From positions 1-12,889 of the forward strand of contig JAYVCD010000189.1 in the NCBI GenBank assembly GCA_043750125.1: a stretch of DNA of 12,889 nt, written 5' to 3'. The stretch comes from Archangiaceae bacterium (GTDB taxonomy: Bacteria > Myxococcota > Myxococcia > Myxococcales > Myxococcaceae). The position numbers were made by a program, and so were the translations under genes. Under the pieces are notes generated by a model that saw only the letters and a list, made by a program, of their open reading frames with translations, did no database searches and was not told where the DNA came from. Shown piece after piece: positions 7,192 to 12,889 of the stretch. Numbering within the stretch: position 1 is the stretch's first letter; the number at the start of each line of letters is the position of its first letter.

Positions 7192-8105
7192 GCGAGGCTC
7201 CGCTGCTAGAGGTGCGCAACGTCTCGGTTCGCTTTGGCGGGCTCAAGGCGCTCAACGACTTCTCACTCGAGGTCCGCAAGGGGGACCTCAAGGGTCTGAT
7301 TGGGCCCAATGGCGCGGGCAAGACGACCGCGTTCAATGCGCTCACCGGCGTCTACCCTCCGAGCGAGGGAACGGTGCGGGTCGGCGGAGTGCAGATCAAC
7401 AAGAAGCCCTCGGACGGGCAGGGGCTGTTCTCGCGCGGAGCGATGCGTCCGTTCGAGATCAACCGGCTGGGGCTCGCCCGCACGTTTCAGAACATTCGGC
7501 TGTTCAAGCAGCTCACCGCGCTCGACAACGTGCGGGTCGCGGTCATCGCCCGGACGGCGCCGCTGTTCAGTCGCGAGCGGACCCAGGGGCTGAAGGTGCA
7601 GGGCGGCGCCTCGAGGTTCGCCGGCCGGGCGATGGACACCGCGAACAACTACCTCGACTGGTGGCGCGCGTTCTTTCGCACTCCGGGGTTTCTGCGCGAA
7701 GAGGCCGATATTACCGCCCGGGCCGACGCGCTGCTCGAGGTGATGGGGCTGTCGCACCGCCGCGATGAGCTGGCCCGAAACCTTCCCTACGGCGAGCAGC
7801 GGCGGCTGGAAATCGCGCGCGCGCTGGGGACGGGGCCGAAGGTGTTGCTGCTCGACGAGCCCGCGGCTGGAATGAACACCCGGGAAAAGGCCGACCTGAT
7901 GGTCCTGATTCGTCAGCTGAAGGACAAGTTCGAGCTGGGCATCTTGTTGATCGAGCACGACATGAAGCTGGTGATGGGGATCTGCGAGCAGATTACGGTC
8001 CTCGACCACGGCGAGACGATCGCCACCGGGACCCCGGTTCAGGTGCGCGCCGACCCGAAGGTCATCGAGGCCTACCTGGGCGAAGCGCCCGGAGCCGCGG
8101 CGTGA
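7188..8105 (+). CDS. livG: Branched-chain amino acid ABC transporter ATP-binding protein LivG (305 aa, with insertions)
   Basis: ATG 7188 overlaps the livM stop (ATGA). Motifs: FGGLKAL, Walker A GPNGAGKT, ARTFQNIRLF, LPYGEQRRLEIARAL, Walker B LLLDEPAAG, IEHDM, VIEAYLG. Confidence 0.95.
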   Translation: MSEAPLLEVRNVSVRFGGLKALNDFSLEVRKGDLKGLIGPNGAGKTTAFNALTGVYPPSEGTVRVGGVQINKKPSDGQGLFSRGAMRPFEINRLGLARTFQNIRLFKQLTALDNVRVAVIARTAPLFSRERTQGLKVQGGASRFAGRAMDTANNYLDWWRAFFRTPGFLREEADITARADALLEVMGLSHRRDELARNLPYGEQRRLEIARALGTGPKVLLLDEPAAGMNTREKADLMVLIRQLKDKFELGILLIEHDMKLVMGICEQITVLDHGETIATGTPVQVRADPKVIEAYLGEAPGAAA

Positions 8106-8836
8106 GCCCGCCGCGCATTCCCCGGCAGAGCGTGCTCGAGGTCGCGGGGCTCAAGGTTTCGTATGGGGCGATCACCGCGCTCAAGGGCATCGAGCTGTCG
8201 GTGGGAAAAGGAGAAATCGTCGCGCTGATTGGAGCCAACGGGGCCGGGAAGACGAGCACCCTTCGGGCGGTGAGCGGAATGCTCAAGCCTGCGGGTGGAA
8301 AAATTTTGCTGCGGGGCGTCGACATCACCGGTCACAAAGCCCACACCCTGGTGCCGCGCGGAATGGCGCACGCTCCGGAAGGCCGCGGCATTTTTCCGAA
8401 CCTCACCGTCGGCGAGAACCTCGAGCTCGGGGCTTACCTGCGCAACGACAAGGCCGAGATCGCGCTCGACGCCGAAAAGGCGTTTGGATTTTTCCCGGTG
8501 CTCAAAGAGCGGCGCACCCAGAGCGCGGGCACCTTGTCGGGGGGCGAGCAGCAGATGCTGGCGATCTCTCGCGCGCTGATGTCCCGCCCTTCGCTGTTAC
8601 TGCTCGACGAGCCGTCGCTGGGGCTCGCGCCGCAGGTCACCCAGACCATCTTTCGGATTCTTCGCGAGGTGAACGCCACCGGCGTTTCCATTTTGCTGGT
8701 CGAGCAGAACGCCCACCTCGCGCTCGGGCTGTGCCACTGGGCCTACGTCCTCGAGACGGGCCTGATGGCGATGACCGGCACGGGCCAGGAGCTGCTGGCC
8801 AGCGAAGAAATCCGGAAGGCCTACCTCGGGGAGTAA
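8102..8836 (+). CDS. livF: Branched-chain amino acid ABC transporter ATP-binding protein LivF
   Basis: GANGAGKT, PEGRGIFPNLTVGENL, LSGGEQQMLAI, LLLDEPSLGLAP, VEQNA, AYVLETG, AYLG. GTGA overlap with livG. Confidence 0.95.
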   Translation: MSPPRIPRQSVLEVAGLKVSYGAITALKGIELSVGKGEIVALIGANGAGKTSTLRAVSGMLKPAGGKILLRGVDITGHKAHTLVPRGMAHAPEGRGIFPNLTVGENLELGAYLRNDKAEIALDAEKAFGFFPVLKERRTQSAGTLSGGEQQMLAISRALMSRPSLLLLDEPSLGLAPQVTQTIFRILREVNATGVSILLVEQNAHLALGLCHWAYVLETGLMAMTGTGQELLASEEIRKAYLGE

Positions 8837-8838
8837 AG

Positions 8839-9492
8839 TCACTCGGTGGGACAGTCGTAGTCGACGTCTTTCTCGCCATCGGCGGCCACTTCGTAGGTCT
8901 GGGACACTCCGGGGCGGGCCTCGCCCGAAGCGTCGTAGCAGTCGAAGCGGACCTTGTGCTTGCCCGGCTTGACCTTGTGTCCCAGCACCGGCGACCCGCC
9001 GATCTTCCGCCCGTCGACGTAGACGTCGGCGGTGTCCGAGGAACGCAGGTTGAGCTGACCGATGGGGCCTGAGATCCCCCCGGTCGCCGGGACCACCGCT
9101 TCGCCCGAAGGCGGCCGGGGCGGGGGAGGCTTGGCGGCCACCGGCGCAGGAGGCCTGGCGACCCCGGGGGAAGGCTTCGCCTCTGCCGGTTTGGGTTCCA
9201 CCGCCGCGGGCTTTAGTTGCGGCGCCGGGGGCGGCTTGATTTCGGCGACTTTGGCTTCGATGGGCCTGGGTTCCGCCGGCTTGAGCTCTTCGAGCTCGTC
9301 GTCGACTTTGGCCGGGACGATGGGGGGGACATTGGTCTTGGCGATGACGATTTCCTGGGCGCGGGGCAAGGCGCGCATCACCACCGCCGGGACGATTCGG
9401 GTGGGCTGGGCAGAGGCGGGCGCCGAGACGATTCCCATGGAGATCGCGGCTGCGGCGGCGAGAAGCAAGACGAGGGCGGAAGCTGTTTTCAA
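8839..9492 (-). CDS. Secreted Pro/Lys/Ala-rich protein with C-terminal PEGA-like domain (~217 aa)
   Basis: TTG at 9492 has GAGGAG 9 nt upstream and gives a signal-like N-terminus MKTASALVLLLAAAAAISMGIVSAPASA. A Pro-rich linker leads to GQLNLRSSDTADVYVDGRKIGGSPV...VKPGKHKVRF, which is PEGA-like. The ORF-track start at 9777 overlaps the divergent gene. Confidence 0.75.
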   Translation of the reverse strand: MKTASALVLLLAAAAAISMGIVSAPASAQPTRIVPAVVMRALPRAQEIVIAKTNVPPIVPAKVDDELEELKPAEPRPIEAKVAEIKPPPAPQLKPAAVEPKPAEAKPSPGVARPPAPVAAKPPPPRPPSGEAVVPATGGISGPIGQLNLRSSDTADVYVDGRKIGGSPVLGHKVKPGKHKVRFDCYDASGEARPGVSQTYEVAADGEKDVDYDCPTE

Positions 9493-9560
9493 AGAGGGAG
9501 TCTCCTCAGTCGATGCTAGTGACAGTGCCCACCAACCTCCAAGTCCCCGGCCCAATTCAA

Positions 9561-10496
9561 ATGCTCGCTCTGTCCTTGCTCGTCCTGCTTTCTCAAGCTC
9601 CCACTTCCACCTCCGAGGCCTCGGCCGAGCGCGCCGCTGCAGCGGCCGAACGCGCCGCGCTCGCCGCCGAACGCGCCGCCGCCGCCGCCCAGCTCGCCGC
9701 CGAAGCTGCCGGCCGGCAGGCCCTGGCGCAGGGCGGTGCTCCTCTTCCCCCCGCTCCGGTCGGGGAAGTGCCCGCATCCGATTCGTGGAAGGGGCTGGTG
9801 GGGATCGGGCTGATCGCGATCACCGGCAATGCCGAGGCGCTGACCGGAACCGCAACCGCGCAGGTCGACAAGAAGCTGGGCGAGTGGGGCTTCGGGGCGA
9901 GGGCGAGCGCCGCGTACGGTCAAAGCCGCGCCGCCCCTGGAGCGCCCGCCATCGTCTCGGCCCTGCGCGCGGGGTTGCTGCTGCGCGGAGACCGGAACCT
10001 CTCGAGCTTCTCGAGCCTCTTCGCGCTGGCCGGACTCGAGACCGACCACGTGAAGAGCGTCGAGCTTCGAAAGTTCGCCGAGCTCGGAACCGGAATCCGA
10101 TTCTTCGAGCGCAAAGAGGGAGAGCTCGAGCGGGTCTTTCTTCGGGGCGACGTGGGCTTTCGCGCCTCGCACGAGACGCGCTACCAGTACTTCGGCGACG
10201 CGGTGGTGCCCTCGGGTACGCCGCTGCCCGACGTCCTGCTGATCGGCCCCCGCATCGCCGCGATCTTCCGCTACGCGCTCAACAAGGACGTCCGGGTCTC
10301 AGAAGAGGCCGAGATGCTCTTCAACCTGCTTGGCTCGAGTCGGACGCTGTTCAACAGCACCACCAAGTTGATCGCTCGGCTGAGCCCGGCACTCAGCATT
10401 TCCGGATCTTTTCTCCTCGGCTTCGACAGCGCGCCGGCCCCGGGAAAACAGCCGACCGACACCGTGCTGACCCTGGGCGTCGAGGCGGCTTTCTAG
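9561..10496 (+). CDS. DUF481 / YdiY-like outer-membrane beta-barrel protein (311 aa)
   Basis: Hydrophobic N-terminus MLALSLLVLLSQ, then Ala- and Pro-rich linker, then WKGLVGIGLIAITGNAE, AAYGQS, amphipathic strands, FDSAPAPGKQPTDT and terminal LTLGVEAAF (C-terminal Phe beta-signal). Confidence 0.82.
   Translation: MLALSLLVLLSQAPTSTSEASAERAAAAAERAALAAERAAAAAQLAAEAAGRQALAQGGAPLPPAPVGEVPASDSWKGLVGIGLIAITGNAEALTGTATAQVDKKLGEWGFGARASAAYGQSRAAPGAPAIVSALRAGLLLRGDRNLSSFSSLFALAGLETDHVKSVELRKFAELGTGIRFFERKEGELERVFLRGDVGFRASHETRYQYFGDAVVPSGTPLPDVLLIGPRIAAIFRYALNKDVRVSEEAEMLFNLLGSSRTLFNSTTKLIARLSPALSISGSFLLGFDSAPAPGKQPTDTVLTLGVEAAF
9624..9707 (+). repeat. 21-bp coding tandem repeat (heptads AERAAAA/AERAALA/AERAAAA/AQLAAEA)
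   Basis: GCCGA(G/A)CGCGCCGC recurs at 9624, 9645 and 9666, with a degenerate fourth unit at 9687. Confidence 0.75.
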
Positions 10497-10543
10497 AGCT
10501 GAAGGGAGGCTCAATCAGCCTCGTTGAAGTAAACACTCCGACC

Positions 10544-12844
10544 GTGGACCGCCCGCCGCCGCAAGGAGAAACTCTGCTCAAGTCTCTGGTCGAGATTTCG
10601 ATTCGGGTGGCCGGGGCCCGCTCGATCGACGATGTGCTGAAGATCGCAGGCGAAGGGGTGTTGGCGCTGGGCCTGCAAATGGTGGCGGTCCAATTCGGGC
10701 CTGACCGGAACTTTCTGCGGTACCTCAATCGCCCTCCGACCACCGACTTCGGCCGAAGTCTGCTCGGGACCTCGCCCCTGTTCATTTCCCCGGAAGCCTA
10801 CGCCGTCCTCTCGTTGGGAAGCCCGATGTACATTTCCGACCTGGGCCAGTGGTTGGCGGAGCACGGCGCCGACCTGAGCACCGTCGACATCGCCGTCAAA
10901 GCAGGGTTCTCCCGGATGGTGATTACCCCGCTGACGGTGAGCGGGAGGAAGTGGGGCGCGCTGATTTTGGCCGCCAACACCCTCGAGCCGAGCGACGTGC
11001 CGGCGTTGACGCTTTTTTCGTCCCAGCTGTATTCCGCGCTCGAAGTCGCCGAGACGATCGAACGGTTGGAGCTGCGGAACAAAGAGCTCGAAGCCGTACA
11101 CGCGATTGCCACCGCCGCCGCCCCGGAAGCCAGCAGCGAACTGCTGCTCGCGACCGTCGCCCGAGCTACCCGCAGCGACGCAGCCATCTTGCACCGCTTC
11201 GAGGAACAGACCGGCGAGTACGTTCTCGTCGGAGATCCGTGGGGGTACGCCGGGCCGCTGCCGGCTCTGTGGCGGCGCTACAAGGAATCTGAGCTGCTGC
11301 CGCACGAACGGGTGAGCCACATGGGCAGCTTCGAGACGGTATCGCGCGACCCTTCTGGAGTGGGGGCGGGCTTCTCCCAGTTGGCGCGGGTGGCGCTGCA
11401 GGTCGAAGGACACGCCGCGGGCTTTTTGACCCTCGGCCGCAAATCGGATCGACCCTTCACTGCTGCCGAGGTGCGCACCGCAGAGATCCTCGGGGTTCAG
11501 GTCTCGTCGTTGCTCGAGCGCGCGCGCCTCAACGCCGAAGGCAGCAAACGGGTTCGACAGCTCGAGCTGCTCTACGAGATGACCAGTGCGGGGGCGGTGG
11601 TTGGCCAGGTGCAGGAGATCATCGATCGGCTTTTGACCCAGATGCTCGACGCGTTTCCGGTCGACGTGAGCGTGATTCACTTCATCGAACGAACCCAATT
11701 CCGGCTCGCCGGCTGGAAAGTGCGCGCCGGAGTGCTCGCGGCCGGGCCGCCCACTCCGGAGTTCATGGCCATCGACGAGACCAGCGTCATCGGCTGCACC
11801 GCGCTCGGTCGGAAATCGACCCGGGTCGACAAGAACAATTTTCCGAGCTTTACCGCGAAGAACGCGGCCCGGTTGGGCGTCGCTCAACTGATGTCGGCGC
11901 CTCTGCTGGTGGGCGAACGATTGGTGGGGACGCTGACCATCGGCCGTGCGATCGACGTGGAATTCACCAAGGAAGAGACGCAGCTGGTCGAGAGCTGCGC
12001 GGTCCACATCGCGGTCATCCTCGAGCGGGTGCGGCTCTACGAGGACTTGAAGATCAGCTACGACGAGCTGGCCCACACCCAGGCCGAGCTGGTGAAGCAC
12101 GAGCGGCTGGCCGCGCTGGGTGAGCTGGCGGCAGTGATGGCGCACGAGGTGCGAAATCCGCTCGGGGTGATTTTCAATTCGCTCACCAGCCTCAAGCGCG
12201 GGATGCACCCGACCGGCGACACCGCGCTGCTGCTCAACATCATCGGAGAGGAAGCCGACCGCCTGAATCGAATCGTTTCGGACCTGCTCGATTTCGCTCG
12301 GCCGTACGAGGCGCAGAAGAAGCCGATTTCTCTCGAGCCGATCATCGGCAGCGCGGTCGACGCGGCGATGGCGGCGGTTCCCAACGCGACGGCGAAAGTG
12401 GTGATTCAGTTCCCCGCCGAGCTGCCCCGCTTTCAAATTGACGGGCACCTGGTGCGGCAGGCCCTGGTGAACCTGGTGGTGAATGCGCTGCAGGCGATGC
12501 CCCTCGGGGGAGTCGTCACGGTTCGCGCGCTGCCCGAAGAGCGCGACGGCGAGCTGTGGGCCCGCATCGAGGTGGGTGATGAGGGCGATGGAATCTCGGC
12601 CGCGACCGCCGAACGGATTTTCCAGCCCTTCTTCACCACCAAGGCGACCGGCACCGGCCTGGGCCTGGCGGTGGTCAAGCGGATCATCGACGCGCACCAC
12701 GGGCAGGTGACGGTGCAGGCCCGCCCCGAGGGGGGCACCACCTTCAGCGTGCGGCTGCCGGGCGGGACCACGGCCGAGCTCGACGAGGCGCAGGGCGACG
12801 ACAGCGAAGACACCCTGCCTCCGTCCCGGGTGAGCGGGCTCTAA
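10544..12844 (+). CDS. Cytoplasmic sensor histidine kinase with about three GAF domains plus HisKA/HATPase (NtrB-like); start uncertain (GTG 10544 used, ~766 aa)
   Basis: H-box AAVMAHEVRNPLGVI, N-box QALVNLVVNALQAM, G1 DEGDGI, F-box IFQPFFTTK, G2 GTGLGLAVV. Three GAF-like C-terminal motifs: MVITPLTVSGRKWGALIL, ARVALQVEGHAAGFLTL..RPFTAAEV, LMSAPLLVGERLVGTLTI..EFTKEE. No signal peptide or TM segment is evident. Confidence 0.9.
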   Translation: MDRPPPQGETLLKSLVEISIRVAGARSIDDVLKIAGEGVLALGLQMVAVQFGPDRNFLRYLNRPPTTDFGRSLLGTSPLFISPEAYAVLSLGSPMYISDLGQWLAEHGADLSTVDIAVKAGFSRMVITPLTVSGRKWGALILAANTLEPSDVPALTLFSSQLYSALEVAETIERLELRNKELEAVHAIATAAAPEASSELLLATVARATRSDAAILHRFEEQTGEYVLVGDPWGYAGPLPALWRRYKESELLPHERVSHMGSFETVSRDPSGVGAGFSQLARVALQVEGHAAGFLTLGRKSDRPFTAAEVRTAEILGVQVSSLLERARLNAEGSKRVRQLELLYEMTSAGAVVGQVQEIIDRLLTQMLDAFPVDVSVIHFIERTQFRLAGWKVRAGVLAAGPPTPEFMAIDETSVIGCTALGRKSTRVDKNNFPSFTAKNAARLGVAQLMSAPLLVGERLVGTLTIGRAIDVEFTKEETQLVESCAVHIAVILERVRLYEDLKISYDELAHTQAELVKHERLAALGELAAVMAHEVRNPLGVIFNSLTSLKRGMHPTGDTALLLNIIGEEADRLNRIVSDLLDFARPYEAQKKPISLEPIIGSAVDAAMAAVPNATAKVVIQFPAELPRFQIDGHLVRQALVNLVVNALQAMPLGGVVTVRALPEERDGELWARIEVGDEGDGISAATAERIFQPFFTTKATGTGLGLAVVKRIIDAHHGQVTVQARPEGGTTFSVRLPGGTTAELDEAQGDDSEDTLPPSRVSGL

Positions 12845-12860
12845 GAGCGAACTGTCGCTT
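12845..12860. terminator. Small hairpin after the kinase stop; possible weak terminator between convergent genes
   Basis: GAGCGA-ACTG-TCGCTT directly after TAA 12844; no long U tract. Confidence 0.25.
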
Positions 12861-12863
12861 GAG

Positions 12864-12889
12864 TCAGGGCTTCATGTGCCACACGCGCC
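12864..12889 (-). CDS. Possible 3' end of a convergent gene continuing beyond the window (...RVWHMKP*)
   Basis: Minus-strand codons CGC GTG TGG CAC ATG AAG CCC TGA all end in G/C before the stop. Too short to identify. Confidence 0.3.

Noticed and set aside
9062..10543. 1260-aa ORF suggesting a giant kinase or an overlapping gene
   Set aside because: The first ~494 codons are the antisense of the PEGA gene and an off-frame reading of the DUF481 gene (Arg/Gly/Ser-rich, no domain). Stop-free shadow frames are common at this GC content.
10511..12700. 729-aa minus-strand ORF, and similar long antisense ORFs at 1731-2546, 4985-5833, 6079-7143 and 7263-8009
   Set aside because: These are antisense shadows of well-supported plus-strand genes with no recognisable motifs.

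Overview
GC-rich bacterial DNA whose gene content looks myxobacterial (Myxococcota, inferred from Cys-rich/TSP3 lipoprotein, PEGA, DUF481 and multi-GAF kinase genes). In order, the window holds: the 3' end of a beta-propeller-like protein gene; a structured 352-bp intergenic region containing a 167-bp segment bounded by GTAAGGCC/GGCCTTAC inverted repeats (possible IS66-like miniature element or structured RNA); an NTF2/SnoaL-like gene; a 674-aa Cys-rich lipoprotein gene (MopE-like motif, four 6-Cys modules, eight thrombospondin type-3 repeats, lamin-tail domain); what look like two back-to-back 5'-truncated gene remnants; a complete livKHMGF-type ABC transporter operon; a secreted Pro-rich PEGA protein gene divergent from a DUF481 beta-barrel gene; and a soluble three-GAF histidine kinase gene. 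Most of it is ordinary core-like DNA, and I cannot support a wholly new system from the sequence alone. The best leads are the 521-687 element, the lipoprotein architecture and the apparent deletion scar near 3500.
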